NCBI RefSeq assembly: GCF_006345805.1 | Contig: NC_042999.1 | Span: forward strand, 10,416,001-10,480,000 | Reading direction: 5' to 3' | Origin: Octopus sinensis | Taxonomy: Eukaryota | Length of the DNA: 64,000 nt | In this document: piece after piece, positions 51,737 through 64,000 of the stretch | How the letters are laid out: the number at the start of each line of letters is the position of its first letter | Position numbering within the stretch: position 1 is the stretch's first letter | The notes under the pieces: generated by a model | The model's input: only the letters and a program-made list of their open reading frames with translations | The model's database searches: none | Told to the model about the DNA's origin: nothing | Program-made: the position numbers and the translations under genes

Positions 51737-53302
51737 GTGAGTCAATCCTCATCCTTTATTATTGTTTTCATGTCCACTTTCCTTTGTTGGCATTGGTCAA
51801 ATGGGAGTCATTGAGACAGGTTTTGGAGGACTGCTTTCCTCAAACAAGTTAATATTTCCCTTTAGCTGGACATTTTCACAAAAGATTGGAAATGCCTGGC
51901 ACTGCTTCTATGACAGTGATGCTCATTTACAACAATCACATGGTGTCAAGATGAGGAAATACAAATCGTTGCCATTATGTTAAGCTGTTGTATGTCCAAA
52001 TTTGACCAAATGCATTTTTTCCAATATTTATTTTTGCTTGCAATAATCGGTTCTTTTGGTCAATCTATTATCTCTGCAGCTGCTTCAGATGCCAAGATAC
52101 CGAAAATTGTCAAAGTGTAGTACAATGGTTTTGCTATGGAATGGTGAAACTATTTTTTCGTTTTCTGAAAAAGCAGCATTTTGGACTTACGACACTTTTG
52201 CATAATAGCAATGAAATACACATGCACACTTATAGCCACATGAGGGACATCCTTTAGCTTCCATCGATCAAATCTGTGCACAAGGCTTTGGTCAGGGCTG
52301 TGGTAGAAAACATTTCTCCAAGGCGCTGTGCAGTAGGACTGAAACTGAAGCCATGTGGAAGCAAACTTCTTAACTACAAACATATACCTATAACTAGTCT
52401 TGCTGACAGACTCGTTAGCGCGCCCGGCGAAATGCTTAGCGGTATTTCGTCTGTCGTTACGTTCTGAGTTCAAATTCCGTCGAGGTCGACTTTACCTTTC
52501 ATCCTTTCGGGGTCGATAAATAAAGTACCAGTTTCGCACTGGTGGGGGGTCGATGTAATCGACTTAATCCCTTTGTCTGTCCTTGTTTGTCCCCTCTATG
52601 TTTAGCCCCTTGTGGGCAATAAAGAAATATATAACTAGTCTTTGCCTTTTAGAAGAATTAAAATTTTTTAAAAGTCAATTCTCTGTTTTGATTTTGGTGA
52701 ATTATTTAAGCATTTTTTAAACTGAGTAAAATATGGTCCTTCATATATACCACAAGCTGCTTATTGAGTAGTTTCGAGTTTATAACTTTTACTAAAATAA
52801 AAGAATTATTAAAATCTATACTGTCTAGAAAATTCTTACAAATTCCAACTTTAATACATTTTTATCAAAATTGGTTTCAAGATTCTTTTATTATTGAAGA
52901 TTTTGATGACAACTAATTTTTATTAGCATTCCATCTTTGTCTTTTCTCCCTCTCTTATACTTCATGGTGCTACTTTCTACAGAAATATCAGTAAAAACAT
53001 GTGTGCAAATTCTAAGTTTAATCCAGCAAGATTTTGTTGACTCCTTCCATATTTGTCGGGTGTTTTTGAAGAAGAAAAATGGTTTCAATTTCCTGACATC
53101 AATTCCACCAAATATAAACTTGTTCTGTAAATTGTTTTAGAATTGTCCCCCTTCTTTGAATTGTGTTCTTCCCAAAACATTTTATTAGTTTAGGAATGAA
53201 ATTGAGTTGCTAATTTAATTTAATCTATATCTTGTTAAGTAGTCATTAATCATTTATCTGATGTCTTAATTGTAATGGATGTTGTTGTTTGATTATCTGT
53301 AG

Positions 53303-53443
53303 ATTGATTATCCAGAGATAGCAGATATAATCATTCCACGTCACAGATTTATGGCTGCCTATGAACAGAAAGTGGAACCCCCAGACAGAAAATGGCAGTA
53401 TTTACTGTTTGCAGCTGAACCTTATGAAACTATTGCCTTTAAG
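53303..53443 (+). CDS. SF3A2: SF3A2 exon (141 bp)
   Basis: IDYPEIADIIIPRHRFMAAYEQKVEPPDRKWQYLLFAAEPYETIAFK. Confidence 0.96.
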
Positions 53444-54334
53444 GTAAGCCTTTAAGTCCACTCTTCCAACCCTACGCATCTCTTGTCTTTACAAAATATA
53501 TGAAGTAGAGGTGGTCAGCTGGCAAAACGCTGAGCAGTATTTTGTCCATCTTTACGTTCTGAGTTCCAAGTTCTGCTATGGTCAACTTTTGCCTTTCCTC
53601 CTTTTGAGGTCAATAAAATAAGTACCAGTTGTACACAGGGGTAAAGGTAATCGAATAACCCCTCCCCCATGTGACAAAATTTGAAACCAAAATATGTGTG
53701 GTAGATAGGATGAAAGAGAAAGTGTGGCCACATGTACATATATATATATATAATCATCATCATTTAACGTCCATTGTCTATGCTGGCATGGGTTGGACGG
53801 TTTGACCAGGGCTGGACCAGACTCCAGTCTGCTTTGACATGGTTGCTATGGCTGGATGCCCTTCCTAACATGTCAACCACTTCAAGAGTATAAGGGGTGC
53901 TTTTGTGTGCCAGCTGCATGCATAACGCCAGTATCTGTCATGACCACGATTTCACTTGGCTTGATGGATCTTCTCAGGCACATCATATATATATATATCA
54001 TCATCACCATTTAACGTCCATTGTCCATACCAGCATGGGTTGGACGGTTTGGCCAGAGCTGGAAAGCTGAGGGCCTGGACCAGACTCCAGTCTGATTCGG
54101 TATTTTTCTATAGCTGGATGCTCTTCTTTACACCAAAATATTTATTTTGCTAAATTTAGGTGAAACATTTCTGTGTTAAGGGAAAGTAATTATATTTTAA
54201 AATTATAACTTATTAAATATACAAATTCACAAAAATATTAAAATATGAAGGTTTTTTTCCAAATGGAAATCGTGGAAGTATCATTAGTGGCTTTAAAACA
54301 AATATTGTTTGATAATTTTGTTTTCTTTCCCTAG

Positions 54335-54403
54335 GTGCCTAGTCGGGAAGTTGATAAAGATCCTAAAAAGCTGTGGACCTACTGGAACAAAGAAACCAAA
54401 CAG
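54335..54403 (+). CDS. SF3A2: SF3A2 exon (69 bp)
   Basis: VPSREVDKDPKKLWTYWNKETKQ. Confidence 0.95.
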
Positions 54404-55990
54404 GTTGGTATCTGGTTTTTTGAACCTTACAAGTTGTGTTTTGAGTCGTGCAGAGATTCGTAACAATCATTTAATTTCTGAAACCCGGCACGTAAAGAGC
54501 ACCATCCGATCATGGCCGTTTGCCAGCCTCGTCTGGCACCTGTGTCGGTGGCACATAAAAAGCACCCACTACACTCACGGAGTGGTTGGCATTAGGAAGG
54601 GCATCCAGCCGTAGAAACATTGCCAGATAAGACCGGAGCTTGGTGCAGCCTTCTGGCTTCCCAGACCCCAGTTGAACCGTCCAACCCATGCTAGCATGGA
54701 AAGCGGACGCTAAACGATCATGATGATGATGATGATTTAGAAATAACATTCCATGGAATGTGTTTCTTTCTCTTTCATGTCAGCTTGGAGTAATTGAACC
54801 CTTTTGATTCTTGTCCATCTGAGACTGTTCCTGGTTCTTTGATACAAACTCCGTTTTAAAGTGATCTTGATTAAAACCTTCCGTCATAATTTCATGTTAT
54901 GTTCCAAACACTGGCTTAATTCATTTTAGTAAATTCTTCATTCTTTCCAAAATTAACAAAGGCAGGTAACAAGAGGCTTCAGCTGAAGTCAGAAGAACAT
55001 TCCAGAACCAACTTGATTTTACATGGCTTTCCTGAAACTGCCCTTGGTTCTTTAATAAAAAATTCCCTGTTTTTAAATGTGATCTAAATTAAAATCTCAC
55101 ATGAAAATTTCATGTTATTTTCCAAATATCAGCTTAAAAACAGCAGTTCTAAATTCATCAATATTTTCAAAGGCAATGTTTTTCAACAGAAAAATACTAA
55201 CAAAAAGATTAATGCCACAACTAGCCATTTATTCTACTTATAACCTCAGCAAAGAAATACTTGAATCTCTCTGTCTTCATCTCTTTAATCAAGACAAGTC
55301 CAAAGCAGTGAGCTGGCAGAAACATGAGCACGTGCGGGCAAAATGCTCAGCTGGCAGAAACATGAGCACGTGCAGGCAAAATGCTCAGCTGGCAGAAACG
55401 TTAGCACGCCGGGTGAAATGCTCAGCAGTATTTCGTCTGCCGCTACGTTCTGAGTTCAAATTCCGCCGAGGTCGACTTTGCTTTTCATCCTTTCGGGGTC
55501 AATTAAATAAGTACCAGTTATGCACTGGGGTCGATATAATCAGCTTAATCTGTTTGTCTGGCCTTGTTTGTCCCCTTTATGTTTAGCCCCTTGTGGGTAG
55601 TAAAGAAATAGGTATTCTGTCCATCTTTACATTCTGAGGTCAACTTTGCCTTTCATCTTTTCAGGGTCAATAAATCAAGTACCAGTTGCATACTGGGGTC
55701 GATCTAATCAACTGCCCCCCTCCCCCCAAATTTTTCAGGCCTTGTGCCTAGAGTAGAAAAGAATACCAAGACAGATCTGCAATACTGCTTATTGCCATCA
55801 CTTTCAATCCTGTGTTCCTTTGGTCATTAAGGACCAGCATCTTGAGATCTTCCAGCCCCTAACCACTCCCTGTTGCTTTCCCTCTTTCTCTCCTTCTCAT
55901 ATTTTTTTCATGTCACTAACGACTGTCATCCAAACCTGTTTTAATTAATTTGAATCAATTTCATTATTGTCTTTTTTTTTTGTTTCCCAG

Positions 55991-56364
55991 TTCTTTTTGC
56001 AGTTTGCTTTCAAACTGGATCAGAAATTGAACCAGCCAACGCTTCCGCCGCCACCAACCAACCAACCGAGGAGTCTACCGTTACCACAGCGCATGCCCCC
56101 ACCACCCCCACCAGTGGTGCCACCTATGTCCTTGGCAGGGATGATGCCACCACGCCCTCCCCCGCCGATGGGGCCACCTCCTGTAGCACCACCCCCAATT
56201 CCCCCTCCTTCCTCTCTTCCACCCCATGGACCACCCCCCTCTGCTCCTCTACCCACTGCCCCTCCCCCACCACCCGTCCCCCCACCGGTCCGTCTTCCTC
56301 CGTTCCAAACATCCCACATCCCTCTGTGCCACCCCCACCTCCACCCCCTCCAATGCCGAATTGA
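55991..56364 (+). CDS. SF3A2: SF3A2 terminal exon, proline-rich tail (as assembled the frame runs to 56509; probable true stop at 56362-56364)
   Basis: ttcccag acceptor; FFLQFAFK followed by poly-Pro. After ~56287 the Pro codons continue in a different frame (..VPNIPHPSVPPPPPPPPMPN*). Confidence 0.85.
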
Positions 56365-57924
56365 TCATCTCCATTTTAGTTTTATCTTTTCTTTTTATTT
56401 TACAAAAAGAAAGAATTTATTTCCTTCATTTCCTTCGTTTGGGACTGGAAAACTAAAAACACAAATAAACCCCAAAAAAGAAAAAAAAAACACATTCTTA
56501 AAAAAATAAAAATTGTAAATGTTTTTTTTTTTGTTGTTTTTATGATGTTTTTTTTTTCATCTTTAGATTGTGGCCATACTGGAGCACTGTCTTTAAGAAT
56601 TTTAGTCAAACAGCTTGACAACCGATGCTGGTGTGTTTACGTCCACGTAACTTAGTGGTTCGGCAAAAGAGACCGATAGAATAAGTACTAGGCTTACAAA
56701 GAATAAGTCCTGGGGTCGATTTGCTCGACTAAAGGCAGTCCTCCAGCATGGCCACAGTCAAATGATTTAAACAAGTAAAAAAGTAAACAAATCAACTTCA
56801 GAACTTTTTTTGAAAGCCCGGTACTTATTCTATCGGTCTCTATTGCCAAACTGCTAAGTTACAGAGACGTAAACACACCCACACCGGTTCTCAAGCAGAA
56901 GTAGGAGACAAACACAGATGCACACACACACACATACGCATAGTCCTTCCCATGCATTCATGGAAGATGGACGTTAAATGGTGATGATGATGATGATGAT
57001 GTTATACATGCACACACAATAGGCTTCTTCCAGTTTCCATCTACCAAATCCGCTCACAAGGCTTTGGTCATCCCAAGGGTACAGTAGAAGACACTTGCCC
57101 AAGGTGCCATGCACTGGGACTGAACCCAGAACCATGTGATTAGGAAGCCAGCTTCTTACCCACACAGCCACGCCTGTGATTGTAATGTTAGTTTTGGCTT
57201 GGCAGTAGTGGTTTCTGTTCTGGTCAGTAATTCGGAAGGGAAGGGCTGTAGTCTCTACCACAGGCTCAACCCCATTAATTGCCTGGTCCTTTATTCTAAT
57301 AACCTCCAAAAGAATAAAAGACCAGTCAAAATAATCCTGGATGGCATTTCGTCTGCCGTGTCTTTGAGATTCTGTCAGCCCTCTACCCTTGCTTTGCTAA
57401 TAATAAGGGTGTTAAGAGAATTAATTGAGCCAATTCTCTTATCAACAAACTACTTTTCAATGTTTAATTATTTTAAATCTACCCAAGTTGCCAATATCTT
57501 TCATCTCTCTGGAAGGAAGTCAGTTGGTGAAATAGCATCAGTCAAATTTAGCCCTAGGTCAACCTTGGTTGAGTATACCAATGATCCAAAACATTCTACA
57601 TATGACCATCCTGTCTTACTTTCTAGCATCTTGTACCTCGTGCTACCTTATCCTCCGTAGTCTCAAATGCCATGTTTTATTTAAGACTAGTTTGTTATTT
57701 AAAGTTAATCAACCCAGGCAGAACAGGAACTCGTCATGTCAGATGGATGGAGATGCTGCAAGGGTGATTTAGAAAGAAATGATGGACCGTGTTATGAAAT
57801 AGTTTGGCACGATTTATTAGAAAGAGAATTGGTTTGGATTTGAGTCCCTCTCACACTCTGCTTGATGAGACAGCTTCAAGAGAAGTTCGGTCAAGATTAA
57901 GTTTGTCTTAGCATTTGTTAATCT

Positions 57925-58280
57925 GTGGAGGTGCAATGGCCCAGTGGTTAAGGGCAGCAGACTCGCAGTTTCGATTCCCAGACCGGGCATTGTGAGTGTT
58001 TATTGAGCGAAAACACCTAAAGGTCCTTGAGGCTCCGGCAGGGGGTGGTGGTGAACCATGCTGTACTCTTTCACCACAACTTTCTCTCACTCTTTCTCCC
58101 TGTTTCTGTTGTACCTGTATTTCAAAAGGGCCATCCTTGTCATGCTGAATCTCCTTGAGAACTACGTTAAGGGTACACGTGTCTGTGGAGTGCTCAGCCA
58201 CTTGCACGTTAATATCACGAGCAAGCTGTTCCGTTGATCATATCAGCTGGGACCCTCATCGTCGCAACCGACGGAGTGCT
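57925..58280 (+). mobile_element. Third tRNA-derived SINE family
   Basis: Head ggaggtgcaatggcccagtggttaaggg...gtttcgattccc (A and B boxes), followed by a non-tRNA body. Confidence 0.65.
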
Positions 58281-58584
58281 TCTATTTGTTAATCTGAAGA
58301 AAGTGTTTGTCAAGGACCCTTGGCTATGTTGTGTGCTGGTCTTGAACTTTTTCACTGTAGAAATTAGGTCTATCCACTCAACGTTTCGTTTCCCTTAACG
58401 ATGGAAAGCAGTTTTACATAACGGTCTTTGTTGAAGAATGTCATGTTTGAAATGACTTCTGTTGCTGAACTATGTCAAGTTTGTTGAGCCAATGTGAATT
58501 GCAGAAAATGACAATTCTATTTTTTGGTAGATGTTTAACATCTTTACTGGAATAACTGGAATTTAATTTCACAGTTAAAAATCT

Positions 58585-58900
58585 AGGGACGCCTCGTGAA
58601 AGCAGTGCAAACCATGTACAATGATTTTCCAGTCATGTTAATGAGGAACTTAGTGTTCAGGTAGGTGTCCATCAAGATCCAACTCTCCTGTTTATTATAA
58701 TTCTTCAGACTGTAACAGAAAGGTTTAAGCTGTCTATGGGAATTCTTACACGTTCATAACGACCTTTCACTTTTAGCTAAAACAGGAAAATTTGCTAAGG
58801 AAGTCTTTGATGTGGAGACAAAATTTAGAATGGAAAAGTCTTAGAGTTAAGGAAGACAACTGTTTTATTAAGTGGAAAGAAGACAGAACCATTCTATATA
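58585..58900 (+). mobile_element. Highly decayed RTE RT fragment
   Basis: LVKAVQTMY...ELSVQVGVHQ...LSCFIIILQTVTERFK...WEFL, with frameshifts. Confidence 0.55.
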
Positions 58901-59479
58901 TGGAGCATTGGGCAACCTTTTTTGAGAAGTGAGTCCCTTAAAATCTGATTTACCATCAGGTGGGCTGCACTACTAAGAACAACCCAGGTAATTTATTTTT
59001 AGGTGTGCCATTCAGGTCTCCTGGGGCCATGGTTTGCCCAGGACTATGTATGCAGGAGAGGAGAAAATATTTTCTAACCGTGTCCCTAATGTCAAGTAGG
59101 GGTTGGGGCCTGTGGGATCATAGGTTGGTTGACAAAAAAATACAAGCTGTGAGGGATATTTCAGGGCACTTAATCATTGGTGTGTTAATTACTCTTCAGA
59201 TGAAAAGGTTTTTATTTCTTTCAGGTCCTCCGTGGCAGATGAAATACATAAGAAATGGAAAGACATGCAGTCATGTGAAGATCAGAGCGATTTAGGAATT
59301 GGCAACCTTCTGGAGGCTGCATGGAATTGGAAGGCTCTAGTAAGAATGTTTCCACTGAATTAAAGACAAAGAAAAAAAGACATTCTAAATATTTGGACAC
59401 TGCAATTCGTTCAACAGGTTCAAAAGATCACCAATGAAGATCTTGGAAAATCAATGAAGACTTATGGCAAAGAACTTTG

Positions 59480-60510
59480 GGTGTTGGAGTGGACGACTAT
59501 CAGAAGAGCGGTGCACAAGGACATTCGATACGAGTCGTCTGTTCTGAGGAGAGGACAAAACATGCCTGCAAAGACAAGAAAACCATTTGACCCCTGCCAG
59601 GTGCTTGCTTAGCAGAGTTAAAATCCCTCATGGCAGGTTTAGGTTTTCTGATGAGATAAACTTTGCCCAAGACCAAACAAAAACAAAAATGAGAGATGGT
59701 TATGTGCAGATCTTTGCCCTCAGTGATGCATATTAAGTTTCCAGCAACTGTGATGGTTTTAGGAGCAGTGAGTAACAAAGGCCATGTCATCTTGTATCTT
59801 TCCATGAGATGGTTGTTAAGCCCTGGATGGATGAAGTACACAGTGGAAGGTTGTACATCACCATCATCGTTTAACGTCCGTTCTCCATGCTAGCATGGAT
59901 TGGACGGTTCGATCGGGGTCTGGGAAGCCAGGAGGCTGCACCAGGCTCCAGTCTGATCTGGCAGTGTTTCTACAGCTGGATGCCCTTCCTAACGCCAACC
60001 AGGGTGCTTTTTACGTGCCACTAGCACAGGTGCCAGGTGAGGCTGGCAACGGCCACAATCGGTTCGTGCTTTTTACGTGCCACTGGCACGGAAGCCAGTC
60101 AAGGTGGCGCTGGCATCGGCCACGTTCGGATGGTTCTTTTATGTGCCACTGGCACAGGTATCACAACTACAACTTCCATTGATTTTTGATGTTGATGTAT
60201 TTGACTCAATGGATCTCCTCAAGCACAGGGTTGAAACGGTGTTTCTTTACTTGCCACCTGCACAGGAGTCAGTCCAGCGGCAGTCATAGGATTTGGTTCA
60301 ATTTTGATTTCACTTGCCCCAACAGGTCTCAACATCTGACAAAGCTTGTGCAACCAAAGAATGAATATTACCCAATCTTTATAATCATGGGTAACACCAA
60401 AGCTGTGGCCTTCAAACTCACCAGATTTCAATTCTGTGGACTAGTAACGTTTGGAGTGTTGTTGAAGCCAAGACTAATTGACATTCTCACAATACCAGTT
60501 TCACTGAAAG
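59480..60510 (+). mobile_element. Tc1/mariner-superfamily (maT/DD37D-like) transposase remnant interrupted by an RTE 3' UTR (~59857-60335, minus strand)
   Basis: TIRRAVHKDIRY...FSDE...VMHIKFPATVMVLGAVSNKGHV, then after the insertion WPSNSPDFNSVD. Confidence 0.6.
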
Positions 60511-60976
60511 CTACCCTTGTCTAGGTGAATATCTGTAGGGATGAACAACGGGGTTGAGTGGGAAACTGGGCTTACAAGGGGTCAGATGTAGTGTGTAGGA
60601 GAGAAGATTGTTCTGGTCGGGAATTGTGATGCATATGGAAGATGACCGATGGTAAAGATGTGGCTGGAGGTCCAAATGAAATGGAACTGGAAGAGGAACG
60701 TGGCAGAAGTGGTGAAAGTTGATGTGAGGATGTTTCACAAACGAGTGCAACAATGGGTGAAATGCTGAATTGGAGGGAAACCCATTCAAATATGGACTTA
60801 AAAATTACGAGGAGGACGCTGGTGTATGTGGATGTACAGAGGTGTACTTCTCAACCACGTTTTCATATTTAGTTGCACTTTGGGGCAAGTGTCTTCTGCT
60901 CTAACCCCAGGCTGACCAAAGCTTTGGCAGTGAATTTGACAGACAGAAACTCAAAGTAGTATATATAAATATATAT

Positions 60977-61232
60977 ATACGATATAGTGCATATTTATAC
61001 ACATAAGGAATCCACTTAGCGTGAAATTCAACACATTAGAAAGAACAGCTAGGTTCTGTAAACCACAAAAATAATGGATAAAATTCGACAGGAATAAATT
61101 TGGAAATGAAAAACATTCTGTCGAATTTTATCCGTTATTTTTGTGGTTTATAGAACCTAGCTGTTCTTTCTAATGTGTTGAATCTCACGCTAAGTGGATT
61201 CCTTATGTGTATAAATATGCACTATATCGTAT
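60977..61232. repeat. Near-perfect palindrome, ~115-bp arms with a 26-bp spacer
   Basis: atacgatatagtgc...aaaattcgacag is inverted at ctgtcgaatttt...gcactatatcgtat. Confidence 0.9.
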
Positions 61233-61633
61233 GACTAATATTTAGTCTTCTTGACTAATTTTTTTGCACGTTAGACCACTGGAAATGTAAATTTTGATTG
61301 AATATTTAAAATTTTAATTAAATTCCATTTCCCTTTGATATGATTAAATATATATATATATATATGGTAGAATAAGAAAGAAAGTCCTCAGTACAGTATT
61401 ATATCATCATCGTTTAATGTCCACTTTCCATGCTGGCATGGGTTGGATGATTTGACTGAGGACTAGCGAACCAGATGGCTGCACGAGGCTCCAATCTTGA
61501 TCTGGCAGAGTTTCTACACCTGGATGCCCTTCCTAATGCCAACTACTCCGAGAGTGTAGTGGGTGCTTTTACGTGCCACTGGCACAGGGGTCAGTCAGGT
61601 GGTACTGGCAACGGTTATATATTCGAAAAATAG

Positions 61634-61751
61634 AATGAATAGAAATGGTTTTTCTGATAATTTTTCCACTTTGATAATTAGATGTTTACTTTTTTGTAAA
61701 TATCTAATTATTAAAGTGGAAAAATTATCAGAAAAGTCATTTCTATTCATT
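61634..61751. repeat. Palindrome with ~56-bp arms
   Basis: aatgaatagaaatgg...agatgtttac is inverted at gtaaatatct...catttctattcatt. Confidence 0.85.
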
Positions 61752-63173
61752 TTTCCCCCCATATATATATGTAAAAGATGGAGGTAGAAATAGCACAGAA
61801 TCTAAGAGATTTCAATCTAAGAAAGAATTTAATAAAATGATTTTAAAATTGTACAAAGAAAATATTACCAGCTTTGATGATGGATCTCATCAAATATCAG
61901 TCAAAATAGTTTATCTTCTGTCTGGGGGGTCAAAAGCATGTCTGGAATTTTTACGCTGAAGTCTTATTTAAATGTAGTTTAGTATAGAGTTCAGGGTGTG
62001 TCTGCATGAGTTGGAGGTGAGTGTCACTGTCACACAAGCAGTAGGATTCCCAGTATTTGGCAAGATCATGTCTGGTCATGAGGAAATACGCTGCTTGGAA
62101 ACAGGTGATGGTTGGCAACAGGAAGGGCATCCGGCAGAAGTTGGCGCCTCAGTAAACTTTGTCCATCACAAAGAATCATGGACACGGGAACTTCAAAATG
62201 GCAATAATGTGTGTATGTATATATATATATATATATATACATATATATGCCAGCCTCGTCTGGCACCTGTGCCAGTGACACATAAGAAAACACCATCCGA
62301 GCGTGGCCGTCTGCCAGCCTCGCCTGGCACCTGTGTCGGTGGCACATAAAATCACTCACTACACTCTCGGAGTGGTTGGCGTTAGGAAGGGCATCCAGCT
62401 GTAGAAACACTGCCAGATCTGACTGGCCTGGTGCAGCCTTCGGGCTTGCCAGACCCCAGTTGAACCGTCCAACCCATGCTAGCATAGAAAGCGGACGTTA
62501 AACGATGATGATGATAATGATGATACATATATACACAGTGATCGGGCTAAATGTAAAAGTTGGCATAAAAGGAAAAGAAAACTATATCCTATCCAAAAAT
62601 AAAAAATATCAACTAGATTATGGTTGGGAGCTATATATATAGCTCATAATATAAATTCAATATGGAGCAAATAATTAACGAAAAAATAATTTGTGACGAT
62701 ATCATTGATTCTGTTATTATCTTGTGTAACAATTTAAAAATGATAATAACAGAATTAATAATATAGGCGATTGCAGGCGTACTGAGGAAGGTTAGGCTAT
62801 TATGTCATTCGAGATGAGTCCAAATACTTGAATGTATCCTGAGAGATTGATATCTATAGTTATTATCAGTGTATTTTGGTGATTTAAATAAGAGTTTTGA
62901 CTGTTGTTTCCAGCAGGTAGAAATACTTAGTATGTCCTTTGATTAATTTTAATCCTTCAGCTATGTATATATAGAACAAATAGCTGGAGATTATCAATCC
63001 GGGCAAAATCCTTCATAAGCTCTCAGGTGGCACACCTGGCTAACAATATTATTTGGATTAGTGAAGAACTCCAGGTAATCTTTTGGTAGGGTCCAAGGTT
63101 ATGGTCCATCCCAATTCTGTATTTAACTCCAAGGATGGGCTCCAGACAAACTGGTTTTTATTCAGAGTGATAG

Positions 63174-63510
63174 ATAAGAGACAAGTTAAAAATAATGGTC
63201 ATTACATATTATTCTTTTATTGGAACAAACTTGGCTTACAGCTGTTTCCAGTAGTCGTTACAGGTTCATTACTGATAGGTTTGGTCAATTGATAAACTGA
63301 GGTCAATTAACAAGCAGAGCACTTATATCCAGAAATGGCTTTGACAAAAGTACCATTAATTTTCTTAAGTCATTCAATTTTCCTCAATAGTCCAATCAAG
63401 TAAACCTATCAGTAATGAACCTGTAATGACTTCTGGAAACAACTGTAAGCCAAGTTTGCTCAAATAAAGGAATTAAATGGAATGACCATTATTTTAAACT
63501 TGTTTCTTAT
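63174..63510. repeat. Inverted repeat with ~108-bp arms (PLE-like)
   Basis: Arms at 63174-63282 and 63402-63510; they contain the GAAACAGCTGTA motif. Confidence 0.8.
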
Positions 63511-63569
63511 ATATATATAATTTCTTATATATATATAAACACTGAAAATGCTCTGAGACCAACTTTCGC

Positions 63570-64000
63570 CACATTCCAGGGAGAAAAACTAGAAATAGTT
63601 GATAGCTTCCGTTACCTAGGTGACCAAGTCAGTAGCTGGGGCGGGTGTGCTGAAAGCGTAATTGCTAGAGTAAGAATAGCCTGGGCAAAGTTCAGAGAGC
63701 TTTTACCTCTGCTGGTGACAAAAGGCCTCTCGCTCAGAGTAAAAGGCAGACTGTATGACACATGTGAAACATGGGCCGTGACTGCTGAGGATATGCGTAA
63801 GCTTGCAAGAAATGAAGCCAGTATGCTCCGATGGATGTGTAATGTCAGTGTTCATACTTGACAGAGTGTAAGTACCTTGAGAGAAAAGCTGGACCTAAGA
63901 AGCATCAGTTGTGGTGTGCAAGAGAGACGTTTGCGCTGGTATGGTCATGTGACGAGAATGGATGAAGATAGTTGTGTGAAAAAGTGCCACACCCTAGCGG
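63570..64000 (+). mobile_element. RTE-clade LINE ORF C-terminal region (continues past the window end)
   Basis: GEKLEIVDSFRYLGDQVSS...ARVRIAWAKFRELLPLLVTKGLSLRVKGRLYD...ETWAVT...RNEASMLRWMC...RRLRWYGHVTRMDEDSCVKKC, with at least one in-frame stop. Confidence 0.88.

Noticed and set aside
56020-56319. Gly-rich antisense ORF
   Set aside because: It is the mirror image of the SF3A2 poly-Pro codons.

Overview
This is AT-rich eukaryotic genomic DNA with spliceosomal introns. The repeat families and microsatellites point to an octopus (coleoid cephalopod); that is inferred from my recall of the repeats. Three spliced protein-coding genes can be rebuilt by hand. (1) The last 7 coding exons of cytosolic acetyl-CoA acetyltransferase ACAT2 (+, 1-18350). 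Its last intron holds a ~7.66 kb array of ~109 x 70-bp units derived from an RTE LINE 3' UTR, followed by a solo LTR. (2) A 3-exon, 322-aa type I membrane protein that I do not recognise (-, 39438-27857). It has a signal peptide, one Ig-like domain, a TM helix and a motif-rich cytoplasmic tail. (3) Splicing factor SF3A2/SAP62 (+, 46725-~56364), with an apparent 1-nt frameshift in its last exon. The rest is transposon debris: RTE, CR1 and R4-type LINEs, tRNA-derived SINEs, mariner/maT remnants, TTAA MITEs, a Helitron, a Helentron-type element, and Penelope-like inverted repeats carrying minimal hammerhead ribozyme motifs. Most ORFs in the supplied track are spurious repeat ORFs. No CRISPR array, rRNA or true tRNA gene was found.
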